Shown: positions 24,372 to 36,000 of the stretch, in pieces | Layout: each line of letters starts with the position of its first letter | Numbering within the stretch: the first letter of the stretch is position 1 | Source: Nemertoderma westbladi | Taxonomy: Eukaryota > Animalia > Xenacoelomorpha | Assembly (NCBI GenBank): GCA_032718475.1 | Contig: JAUCBJ010007469.1 | Coordinates: 1-42,677 of the forward strand | Length of the DNA: 42,677 bases | Direction: 5' to 3' | Made by a program: the position numbers and the translations under genes | Notes under the pieces: generated by a model | What the model was told of the DNA's origin: nothing | The model's input: the letters and a program-made list of their open reading frames with translations, nothing else | Databases searched by the model: none

Positions 24372-25313
24372 CTGTAAATGGAAATACAAGAAAAATTCTG
24401 AAAAATACGGTACTAGCCTACCGGTACCATTACCGTAACTATTTTCCAAATTATTGAGTGGTAGAGTTTAGAGTATAACTTTATACCGGCGCATGTGAAG
24501 AATACCTGACTTTCTGCCATTATATTTCACTTTGCAGTTACCCCTATGTGAATAATGCCAGGTTTTCACCAAAAACACAGGTTACAGAAAGACTGAATCT
24601 AACCAAAACAATAAACGAATTAGTATATGTACAGGTTATAAGGTGTGGGGTGGGGTGTTTTGTTTAACTGTTAGTAGTAGAATAGTGATAGGGAGTGGGA
24701 ATGTTTGTTAATTTGAAGCATGTTTTCTCTGATCGTAATGGTTATTATACACAGAGCTGTCTTTCAGCGAAAGCAGACAATGTATCTATCACTATCAGGT
24801 TAAATGTGTAACTTCTATCTCATACATTGCTCTCATCATTATTTGTTCATTTTGTATAAGTCAGTGGGATAGTTAGTCTGTTGCCTGTAGGGGTTGACAG
24901 TATTTGATATTGATGACCCATATTCTGAAGGACTAATAATGCTGCCCGCCGTGTGGGGAATGGAGGGGAGGCTAATCCTAAGGTCGGTTATGAGTGTTTC
25001 ATTAATGGCTGAATGGTGTAGGAATGGGAGCATTGGTCTGTAATTCGAGAGTCACTGGTGTTTGTTTAGAGTCCATTAGCTGGAGTCATAAATCAACAGT
25101 TGACATGTTTATTCGTTTTAAAAAATTGCCCATAGATGTTGTTGCTCCAATCCCAATGTCTAACTGTAGGTATCCGCTATCCGGTATTTAGCTGATTCAG
25201 ACAGAGCGTTACGTTGCTACAGTGCTAGGATACTGTTCCATTGATTATTTAACTATTTATTGTTAAATAAATAAAAAATAAACATAAAGTCTTTTTTTTA
25301 AGTTCTAAAAAAT

Positions 25314-25530
25314 TTGGATTATGTGGATTTTATTTACAAATACAGTATACTCAACATTTCAAGAAAAAACGCAGAATTGGCATGTTTTCGGATAAAAAGT
25401 GGTTTTAGCGCAAGCTGTGAGAGAAAAACGCATTGCGTTAAAAAACGAAGTAGTGGGATGCCTGTACATGAGGTCAAAATTGACCTCAAAGGAATCATGT
25501 TTGAGAAACGAAGGGGTACACAAGGGTTAA
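25314..25530. mobile_element. Possible piggyBac-type terminal remnant in phosphatase intron 1
   Basis: Ends AAGGG|TTAA with a subterminal palindrome gaggtcaaaattgacctc. No partner end was found. Confidence 0.4.
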
Positions 25531-25953
25531 TACAGTAATAAAGATAAATTTAAAAAAATAAAACATCTTCATATACTGTATAAAATTCCAATAAAAAGTC
25601 GATCGAAAAGTGAAATCCTGGTATTCTTCACATGGGCGTTTATACCTAGGCCTATTTATTACATGATTACACATTACGTGCTGCTGCTGCAGGCTGCCAG
25701 GGAAAAATTTTAAGGACCAAAAAAATTCCCTTTAAAATGTCAGTTTGTGGGTTGGGCAGTGTTCGGGTTTGTACCAAAAACATCTGAACATTGTGACCAA
25801 TGATATCGATACCGATGGGCCAAGATCTCAAGATCAGTACGGTACCGAGTTTCTGGAGTTCAGTACCGGACTGCCGGTAGGGTACCAAAATTTAGAATTC
25901 GTGTGCCATTAAAACTGTAAAAAACATGAATGTACACAAACAAACATACATAC

Positions 25954-26020
25954 CATCGCAGTCAAATAATATATTTTTAAAGTTCGAGATATCAATATGT
26001 TTCTTCACATTATTTGCCAT
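25954..26020 (-). CDS. HAD-IIA phosphatase, coding exon 1 (MANNVKKHIDISNFKNILFDCDG)
   Basis: DxDG motif I split at a G|gtatgt donor. A ttgcag acceptor lies 22 nt upstream of the ATG. Confidence 0.88.
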
Positions 26021-26890
26021 CACATCAATATTTCAATGTCACCTGCAAATGTATCATTATACAGTACATAATAGGCCTACTGCTGTACTGTAATAGCTGG
26101 GGGAGCCCTACCTGGTACCGCTCTACAGCTCTAGCTCAGTACAGCAGTAGATAGGCCTTAGCAGCCTTGGTCCTGCTGTCCTTTACTTACAGTACTGTAG
26201 TACATAGTACAGCAGCTACAAGTCAACGAATTAATGCAGTACCGGTACTGCAGTACAGTAAGTGTGCATACAAAGAGTGGACAGTGGACTGCCTGACTGC
26301 AGACAGTCAATCAAAGCTATTAAAATCCAGGCGGTAAATTTGAATTTATCGCTTTCTAACAGTCAGACAGTTAGTGTGTCAGTGTGTAGTCCGCCAATTG
26401 TAGCTCTACCTACAAACGGTGGACATAGCTTTATAAAGCTGCGAGTAGCAAGTGGAAGTAGCAAGTTGGCTTATTTAGGCAGTCTGCCAGTGGCGAGAGG
26501 AAGTGTTTCATAAAATTTATAATAAAATCAACGACAGAACGAGTAGCCTAGTAGGTAAGTAGCCAGTAGCAAGTAAATAATGAGAAAGTAGTGTGTAAAT
26601 TGCTAAAAGCAGCAAATACTGAAGTAGCGAGAGAAAGTGTTTCATAAAGATTTATTTGTAACTCGCGAATTTACTGTTTCTACTTCCCCTCCACTTCAGT
26701 AATACCGTATTCAAACTGAAAGTATTAATACAGCAGTAGGAACCGGTAGGTACACTGCAGCTTGAAAACATTTTTTAATGCTGTGATAGGCCTAATGCCG
26801 GTAACCGGTCAGTCTGTACAGAAAACTGAAAGTATTAGGCCTACTCCAAGGACTACTATAATACTCAAGGACTGGTACAGCAGTAATCCG

Positions 26891-26908
26891 GACCCCGCTA
26901 GCGGGGTC
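26891..26908. other. Perfect 18-bp palindrome, possibly the end of a Helentron/HINE-like repeat
   Basis: GACCCCGCTAGCGGGGTC. The family assignment is inference only. Confidence 0.4.
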
Positions 26909-27589
26909 AATTGGTTTGAAATATTTATAATATTTCTATACCGATATTTTTTAAATATAATATTTGAAGGTTTTCTACCTATTTCGCATACGGTTGATCT
27001 AATGGACGCATAATTAAAACATATTAGCCAATGTAGATGACATATTTAGTGAATTTAAATAATTGAGCAGAATTGTTTCGCAATAATGGAGTCGGTTTTG
27101 CATTTAGTTTTCTACAGTAATTGAGTTGGCATAGTTATTTCTCTCTTTGAATTATATTAGTATTAGTCCAAATATTCACAATTATTTTTTAATTACGCAA
27201 CAAAGTTTATTATTTATTTTATTATATTACCGGTATCACTTTAAATTATTATTAGGTAGGCCTACTTTATTAGATTATTTTATTTTTTAGTTTCTTTATT
27301 TTTTGAATAATATTATTATCGTACTGTATATTCGAAAATTATCCAAAGACACCCTACGAATTATATTATTTGAACTAGAAAGGTTGACACTTTCGCAGAT
27401 ATTTCGCCCCCTGACCCTGACGGCAGACTGTAGAACTGCAGATAGGTCAGGCGCGTTTTCGCGTACCTGGGAGCAAGTGAGCTGCTTTCCCCATTTTGTA
27501 AAAATATATCAATGGCCCTGAAAAGGGCTCTTTATTTAGCAACATCATCAACTTTAGCACCAGATAAAATAATAATAGCACATAAACAG

Positions 27590-27738
27590 ACTGTGGTTTG
27601 TTTAGAATTACAGTTTTCTCGTGGTTCGGACTCACTGTGACCCTCTTGTAGAGACTGTCGTAGTTTCTCGTGGCTAGGACTCACTGTGACCCCATGTAGA
27701 GACTGTCGTTGTTTAGAATGGCAGTTAGGCCTACTCTC
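27590..27738. repeat. About 2 units of the 49-bp minisatellite, left of the inverted-repeat element
   Basis: Same unit as 28648-29649. Confidence 0.8.
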
Positions 27739-28646
27739 GGTCCGACGAATCTGTACAAAAAAATACATATAGTACAAAAGAGTACAATAAAGTGCAAAAA
27801 TAGTTACAAAAGAGTGCGAAAATAGTAAAAAAAGAGTGCAAAAATAGTACAAACGGGTGAGAAACGCATACAAAACGTGTACACCAGTGTAGTATACATA
27901 CACTATATGCGCTACACTTGTATACTGTACAAATACCGTATAATTTATTGTAAGCAAATGCAACGGCGCCGAAATAGGCGCGCTACAGTGTCAATAGCGG
28001 CCTTGGTTCTGTGGTCAAGTACTGAAGTATGAAATGATTGATAGAACTTTGATTCATGTAGATGTTGACTGGCATACAGTAAAAGTTAGTAGGCTACTGT
28101 TCATATAATGCAATATAATGCAATATGGTACATACTATGCAGTGGGTAGATACTACATATAAACCGTATAACTGAGACTCAAAATTTAGGTCATAGTCTT
28201 AAAGTAACCCATATACTGAAGGATAGACTGTATGCTACTTATAGGCTACGTTATGTAGGCTATGTATGTATGCCTCTATCTAGCAACTTTATTGAGTTGT
28301 CCTGCAATTTTGTCTGCTTGACAGCTTGGGACCGTTTGTTGTGTTATTCGAACACAAAAACTGCATTAAACTCCTGAACTCATAAGATTGTATTATTGTC
28401 ATACTTTCTGACTGCTAGATTAGCGCCGCGCTCAATGCGTCGCTCGCCCCACAATGCTTTGTTTTATTTTGCACATCATGTGCGCCCCTCTACACGATTT
28501 GAACTACACTTGTATACCCGTTTTGCAAGCGTTTCTCACTCGTTTGTACTCTTTTTTACTATTTTTGCACTCTTTTGTACTATTTTTGCACTTTATTGTA
28601 CTCTTTTGTATTTTTTTTGTACTTTTTTGTACAGATTCGTCGGACC
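27739..28646. mobile_element. 908-bp non-autonomous element with ~150-bp imperfect TIRs (Mutator/foldback-like), inserted in the minisatellite
   Basis: Terminal GGTCCGACGAATCTGTACAAAAAA is perfectly inverted. 27739-27893 mirrors 28503-28646. Confidence 0.8.
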
Positions 28647-28647
28647 C

Positions 28648-29649
28648 GTTTCTCTTGGCTCGGACTCACTGTGACCCCATGTAGAGACTGTCGTAGTTTC
28701 TCTTGGCTCGGACTCACTGTGACTCCTTGTAGAGACTGTCGTAGTTTCTCTTGGCTCGCACTCACTGTGACCCCCCTGTAGAGATTGTCGTAGTTTCTCT
28801 TGGCTCGCACTCACTGTGACCCCCCTGTAGAGACTGTCGTAGTTTATATTGGCTCGCACTCACTGTGACCCCCTGTAGAGACTGTCGCAGTTTCTCTTGG
28901 CTCGCACTCACTGTGACCCCCCTGTAGAGACTGTCGTAGTTTCTCTTGGCTCGCACTCACTGTGACCCTCCTGTAGAGACTGCCGTAGTTTCTCTTGGCT
29001 CGCACTCAATGTGACCGCCCTGTAGAGACTGTCGTAGTTTCTCTTGGCTCGGACTCACAGTGACCCCCCTGTAGATACTGTAGTAGTTTCTCTTGGCTCG
29101 CACTCACTGTGACCCCCCTGTAGAGACTGTCGTAGTTTCTCTTGGCTCGCACTCACTGTGACCCCCCCTGTAGAGACTGCCGTAGTTTCTCTTGGCTCGC
29201 ACTCACTGTGACCCCCCTGTGTAGAGACTGTCGTAGTTTATCTTGGCTCGCACTCACTGTGACCCCCCTGTAGAGACTGTCGTAGTTTCTCTTGGCTCGG
29301 ACTCACTGTGACCCCCCTGTAGAGACTGTCGTAGTTTCTCTTGGCTCGCACTCACTGTGACCCCCTTGTAGAGACTGCCGTAGTTTCACTTTGCTCGCAC
29401 TTACTGTGACCCCCTTGTAGAGAGACTGCCGTAGTTTCTCTTGGCTTGCACTCACAGTGACCCGCCTGTAGAGACTGTCGTAGTTTCCCTTGGCTCGCAC
29501 TCACTCTGACCCCCCTGTAGAGACTGCCGTAGTTTTTCTTGGCTCACACTCAATGTGACCCCCCTGTAGGGACTGTCGTAGTTTCTCTTGGCTCGGACTC
29601 ACTGTGACCCCTTGTAGAGACTGTCGTACTGTAGTTTCTCTTGGCTCGC
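28648..29649. repeat. ~49-bp minisatellite, about 20 copies
   Basis: Unit gtagagactgtcgtagtttctcttggctcgcactcactgtgacccccct, with variable C-run length. Confidence 0.95.
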
Positions 29650-29837
29650 TGTAAAAGCTTTTGCTGAATTGCCCGGTTATTTTTCCTTATTTTTCCCGTA
29701 AAATACTCTGTAGTTGGTTTAATAGGCGTAAGAGGCCGTATTATTGCTGTATCGGTGTTTTTAGAGGATCTAAGAGCTATTTCTTCCGTATGTGTACTGT
29801 GGAAGGCATAGTTGATGATTCTATGGCAATTCCGTGA
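29650..29837 (+). repeat. 5' LTR, the part verifiable against the 3' LTR; its true 3' end is undetermined
   Basis: TG start and 188/188 identity to the window end. A CCAAT box at ~29948 suggests U3 continues further. Confidence 0.9.
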
Positions 29838-31124
29838 CGCAAAAGAGGCGAGATACTCTTGAACAGTAGTTACTATGACGACGGTTAACAGCTGATATTC
29901 ATACGTGTCGATTTTCTTTGTTCTACGGCTTCTCTCAGTTCAGTCAACCAATCAGAGCGTTTTTACTGTTCTTGTACAGAAATTTCCTAGAAATCACGCA
30001 ATGCTTTATGGGCAGTGTTATCATTCTGTCCTGAGCCAGGAAAGAACGGCTTTGGAATATTTTGTGCTTTTCTGCTTTTAGCCTAACACTAGTAGGCTTA
30101 ATTATAAGGACATATATCCGTTATCTGGTTATCTCACTGCATTTATCATATCAACCAACCAAACTTACATATCTTACTTAACATTACTGCTTTGCTGTCG
30201 GTTATTCATTATATTTGTTGATGAATTATTATATTTGGAATAACGATAAATAACCCCGAAAACCCAATATTCTTGATATACCGAAGGTAAGAGAGAAAGG
30301 TTACATATAACGATTGTGACTTATGTTAAAGTGGTTTGAAGTGAATCTAATGTTATTTGATAGACCCTACATGAGTCGGTCCGTGTTCCTTTTATATGTG
30401 ACTAAAATCAGTGAAGATCGGCAGATCAGTGTGCAGTATTGTGCAGCATTGTGTATGAGTGAGACTGATAACGAAGCATTTCCTAAAGAATGCGCCATAT
30501 ATGTGAATTGTAACTAAGCCATATCGTTGCGTGTAGTTTAAGTCATAGCTCTGTTTATATAGATAGAGCGCCACGTCCTAAAGGAACTGTTAATATTTCC
30601 CGAAGGTGAATAATATTGTCAGAGATTATATAATACTGTCAGTCGAATAATACATTAGGCTTACATAGCAATACGATTAAGCTGTCGAAATCAATCTCCC
30701 GGTTATATCCAACGGGTGAATGATCGCGCACAGATTGGTTTCAACTAGTGTAGTGAATCAAATACTTGTCAGAGGCTAAAAGCGATTTATTATCTAGAAG
30801 ACATCCTAATTTGGCGGGTTAAACTGCCAAAGGTCTGAAAGCGCGAACAATAACGGATATAGCTTCTGTATTGCAGTAGGCAATAAAGCTGAAGTACCGG
30901 CAACCGGTACCCAGTAGGCCTGACTACCTAACCACCCGGACCGGTACCTACAGCAGTACAGGTACAGCAGTATTATTCGATTTTGATAATTATATACCGG
31001 TAGGCCTTAATAATTAATCAGGGACTGCAGCCCTGGTTTTTTATTGAGATTTTTACTTATTTCTGTCAAGTTTTATTTGTTTGTAGGCCAGTATTGAACA
31101 GAAGGCGTGTAAGCCTGATCAGAT

Positions 31125-31685
31125 TGTACAGACAATTTGTAGGCTGAGCTGTTGTCTGATTGTTGTTAAGTCTGAACGGATTGCAGTGTGTGTAGAGCCT
31201 CTGTCCGATAAAGAACGGTTAGGAAGTAGGGGCAGCCAAAGCTGTAAGGTAAACCCCCATCTAAAGAATAAGTCGTACTACTGGGTTAGAACGCATACTA
31301 CCTAACCATTTCGGAGTCTGCATGTCCTGTAGTTTATTTAGGCTTGAGAGTAGTCTGCCATCGTTTAGTCTGTACTTTGTTTGTGTAGTCTGTACAGGTA
31401 GCGTATAATATTTATTTAGATAATTTGTAGGCTGGATAGTTGTCTGGCTGTTATTTGGTCTGAACGGATTGCAGTGTGTGTAGAGCCTCTGTCCGATAAA
31501 GAACGGTTAGGAAGTAGGGGCAGCCATAGCTGTAAGGTAAACCCCCATCTAAAGAATAAGTCGTACTACTGGGTTAGAACGCATACTACCTAACCATTTC
31601 GGAGTCTGCATGTCCTGTAGTTTATTTAGGCTTGATAGTAGTCTGTCAGTGTTTGGTCTGCATTTTGTTTGAGTAGTTTGTACGC
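31125..31685 (+). other. Two tandem ~275-nt rod-like RNA hairpins (288-bp direct repeat) upstream of gag
   Basis: Near-identical cores at 31170-31345 and 31458-31633. The arms are self-complementary with many G-U pairs on the + strand. Confidence 0.7.
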
Positions 31686-32637
31686 GTAGCGTAATATTTA
31701 TTATTCAGAGTTTATGCGATTATTCGCAACATTCATTCCCCAAGTTTGTTCATACAATAATTGTGTTTGTTATACATACCGTTATAGTTAAACTAACCCC
31801 GGTACTACACGGGCTGCTTGGCGTAGGTAAAGACTGGTGATTTTGTGCACCGATCACTCCAGCAGATGCCGTGGTTCTTTTAGCTGTTCAAGTATATTTA
31901 ACTACTGATTATCTGTTGTATAAGTGCTCGTACCTAATTTAGGGTTTAGTGTACAGTGCTTTCCAAAGGTATTTAGTGTGTAGGCATTATATTTGTGTTG
32001 TAAAGTGGTTGATAGGCACGTTCGATTAGCTCTATTAACTTCTAGGTAGGAACACTCCGTGATACATAACGTAGTACCTATAGCGATACGGCTATAGGTC
32101 GTCAGGCGGTGGTATTTTCCTATCTGGACAACGCAGTGTATTTACTACTACTTATTATTTTCAAATACCGTAGTACCCTGTCTGTTGTAATAACCAGATT
32201 CTAACCCTTTGTTAGGCTGGTTTGTAGACTTCTTGTGAAATTACCCTAAAAATTCGTATTTTGTGTTTTTTGTAAATTTTTGTGTTTATTTAGAGATTGT
32301 AATCTCACCCGAATTGTACGTAATTTGTAGTATTAAGTAACTTAGGTAAATTAGCATTATTTGTTTTAGCGTCCTATAAGTAGCACTTCACTGAAAGCGC
32401 ACCGCTTTGTGTAGTGATTACTCCCCAGAAATAATAACATTTATTTCAAATACTGACAAAACCCATTAAACGGGTATATATATATTGTACATCAAATCTA
32501 ACGATTTATAAATAGTAGGCCTACCATACAACCATTAGGTCTCAATATCAGTTGGACTACTGCTCAAATAACGGTAATAAAGTAAGTAAAGTAACCAAGT
32601 AACCCTAAAATTCAGAAATTCAATTATTTAAAATAAT

Positions 32638-32890
32638 TGATATACCGGTATTTACGATAGGCCTATTATCTTTATTTCTATAAATTTCGGCTGAAATTAT
32701 ACCGGTACTTGTAATTAATTCTAGTCCAGAATTATATATACTACAAACTGTAAGCTGTATACCGGTATTCCCGATAGGCCTATTATATATTTATATATAT
32801 TTGTGCTAAAATTATACCGGTATTCTGTGATAAACCTAGTCTGTAATAATACTTATATAGTTATATATACTATAAGCATACCGGTATTCT
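32638..32890. repeat. Degenerate ~118-bp tandem repeat built on TATACCGGTA and GATAGGCCTATTAT
   Basis: ACCGGT recurs about every 58-60 bp and 'cgataggcctattat' occurs twice. Confidence 0.6.
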
Positions 32891-33022
32891 AATATATTAT
32901 ATATATCACGCTACACTGAGTAGCAGTATCGGTAATTAATTACTAGGCTAGCAGTTAATACTGAGTTACTAGACTTGCTCAGACTGTAATATAGCAGTAG
33001 GCATTCAACTGTACACATAAAC

Positions 33023-36000
33023 ATGTCTGATACTAAGCAGAACCTGTCAGACAGTTTATTAGATGTAACTATCTGCGACTCAGATAGAGGCGTAGAACCG
33101 TCTAGTCGTAAGTTCAGTTCACCTCCCACTGTGAGGAAGGTCATCCCTCCTGTAGTAATAACAGAACCTAGGCTGGTCCAACATCGTAGGTCTATCATAG
33201 GCACTCGAGCTCAGGTCAAGCGGGACCAAGAAGCAGCAGAACAGCAACAACCCGCAAGCCAAGAACTTATTTCTCAGCGGCCCAACAGCTCCAGTAGTGA
33301 AGATACTGTAGAGCTGATACCCGAGCGCGGAGCAAAGATGACGGATGCGGTTTATTCGGATCCCCTTCTCATCCTTCCTGCAGCCGTACTCACTAGGTTA
33401 TTGATTGCGGTGGAAGAACACCAGATCGATTGGGCGAGAAGTCAGCGATCAACTAAAGATAGTTATGCGGGATACACGAGGGAAGAACTGAAGTCTATTG
33501 TCGAGTCGCAATGGAACTTCCCCGGACCCGGACTCCCGTTTGATTTATCAGAAGCTGCCTGGGAAGACATACACCGGATGGGAGTAGCCAAAGAAACCAT
33601 AGATCCCGCTGTGTGGAAGAGGTCCGCAGCCGGATACGTACAGGGATTCTTCAGCTCTATGGAGCGAGTAAAAGGACAACTGTTTCAACAACCACAAGGA
33701 CCTCAAGAGCAGGGACAACTGCTTTATCAAGTTAGAGAAAGAATTCTACGGATCAGGCTAATATTATCGGCCTTTGAGGAGGCTTCTAAACGAAGGCAAG
33801 ACACGTCGTTGCAAGTTGCCGTAAAGACTTGGTTTCAAAGGGTGAGTCTCCAGGTTCAAGGAACAGCTCAGTGGAAAGCTCAGCTAGAGGAGCGCTCAAC
33901 CCATGGAGAATCAACAGACGCTACTTTTTCCCAAGTGGAAAGTGAAGCGACGGCAGAGAAGCCGCATAAGAGGGATGCCATTGACATCTATCTGTCAGAC
34001 TATCAACGTTTTTTAGGTGATGAAGAGTTGAGGAGAAGGTTAGATGGACTTAGCCCTAATAGTGAAGGAACTCAGCGTGTGTTGGATGCCATCGATGTGG
34101 AAATGAGGGCTGCGAATCAGGCTAAATTTGATGAACAACTCCGCCTGACACGAGTCCAAGAAGAACAAGTAAAGAAAAAACGTATAGAAGACAGAAAGAA
34201 AGCAGCAGTGGTAGCTGCAGAAGCAGAAAGAAAAGCGGCAGCGGCAGAGGCAGCGGCAGAGGCAAAAGCGGCCGAAGCTGAAAGAAAAGCGGCAGCGGAA
34301 GCGGCAGCGGAAGCGGCAGCGGCAGAAGCAAAAGCGACCGAAGCTGAAAGAAAGGCGGCCGAGGCTGAAAGAAAAGCGGCAGCGGCAGCGGCAGAAGCAA
34401 AAGCGGCCGAAGCTGAAAGAAAGGCGGCTGAGGCTGAAAGAAAGGCGGCAGAGGCAGTGGCAGAAGCCGAACGGAGAGCGACTGAAGAAACCACCCAATT
34501 AGAATTAGAAAACATTCAGGAGAATCAAGACTGCATAAATAAACAGTTAACAGCTAGTAATATGCAGATGATGAATCGATCTACTCCCAAAAGACAGGGA
34601 TATACATCATCTGAGGAAGGCGATACCACAGATACTGAAGGCAAAGGAAATAGATCTCGTCTAAGCAGACGTAGAAGAACATCCCACCGTCAGAAATTGC
34701 CTGATTTGCCTCCAGCTGTTAGAAGGCAACTAAATAACACCAACTTAGGTAGTACAGAACCCACAGACCAAATAATTAAAATAGAAAGACTCCCTACTAT
34801 AGTAGATGAGCCTGAAATAATTAGGCCTGTTCTTGAAATCACCCCTTCGGTGATAGACACACCTGTGCTCCCTGAAGCTACCTCTAAATTCCCTCTGCAC
34901 AGTACTAAGCTATCTGTGCCCAGTAGAACAGCCCATGAGACAGTTCAGGTCCTGGACCCCGAGCGAAATATTCATGATTTGTCGCCCGTTGTCCCTCGTC
35001 CGCCCGCTACAACGTTGGCGACTCCCGCTTCGGCGGTCGAATGGGTGGACGAGAGACGGCGGGGGATGGATCTCCTGCTCGGGCAGATGCAGGAGACTGT
35101 TCAGCAATTCAAGGGCACAGTAAGGGAAAGTAGGCTAGAGTTGCAAGAAGTGCAGCAAAGTATCGCGCTAGAACGCGATAAATTAGTAAATACAAAAAAG
35201 GGTATACCACCACCCTTGGTAACAATATGTCAACCTGTTAGGTCTGAAGTATCTCATGCGCAAGGTGTGGAGCCTACACGCATATATACTGCTAGTGAAG
35301 TAGAAACTCCTATAGTGAACCCTATTAAGAGTAATCATAGACCTGTTGATAATGACATTCCCTATAGACCTGATCATAATCCGAGAAATTTATATACCGA
35401 TAACTCGATATTAAATAACACGATGGCCCAAGAAAGTTTTACGCGTCAAATGGCTAGAACCGAAGCCCGGCAAGCGGTAAAGGTGGGAGAGATCGTCAAG
35501 TTCAATGGAGATGAGATGAAATGGTTACCTTTTAATGAATATTACAAAGATAACATACAGAACTCTGTACTATCTAATGGAGAGAAACTTAGATTCCTCA
35601 TAGAGTGCTTGGAAGGATCTCCCAAGTTAATGGCGTTAAAGTTTATTGGACATCCAGACGGATTAAGACAAGTTTGGGATACACTAAACATCAGGTATGG
35701 TAATAGGAAAAACATAGCTGGGTATTTGTATGCAAAGTTGGTAGCGCCCCGAAAGTTTATTAGCAGCGGGATTATAGAGTTTTCCGATGAAATTCAGGAG
35801 ATCTGCAGACAATTAGATTGGCTAGGTAAGTCTCATGAGTATCAGAGTGCTATGGTTATTAGAGCAGTGGCTTCTACTTTACCGAAGGGTGGAGTAGGTA
35901 CACGCTGGGACAAAAAGGTGTTATACATGATGGAACAACAACAACGAGACCCTACCATGGCTGATCTCATGTCATTCTTGGATAGCGAGGTGAAATTGCA

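Noticed and set aside
26021-26050. Trans-splice acceptor before the phosphatase ATG
   Set aside because: A possible cis donor (gtaagt, ~26190) lies upstream, so an ordinary 5' UTR intron explains it.
28648-29649. CRISPR-like regular array
   Set aside because: Units are contiguous with no unique spacers, there are no cas genes and the context is eukaryotic. It is a minisatellite.
31170-31345. Retrozyme/ribozyme in the tandem hairpin cores
   Set aside because: No CUGANGA/GAAA core on either strand and no recognisable HDV, twister or pistol consensus by eye.
29838-33022. LTR 3' end and primer-binding site (candidates TTACA at 30305 and 30665; TGGCG at 30812 and 31819)
   Set aside because: No CA end followed by a convincing tRNA-complementary TGG sequence, and the 3' LTR is cut off, so the boundary cannot be fixed.
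34040-34515. Antisense ORFs in gag
   Set aside because: Shadows of the AEAERK coding repeat.
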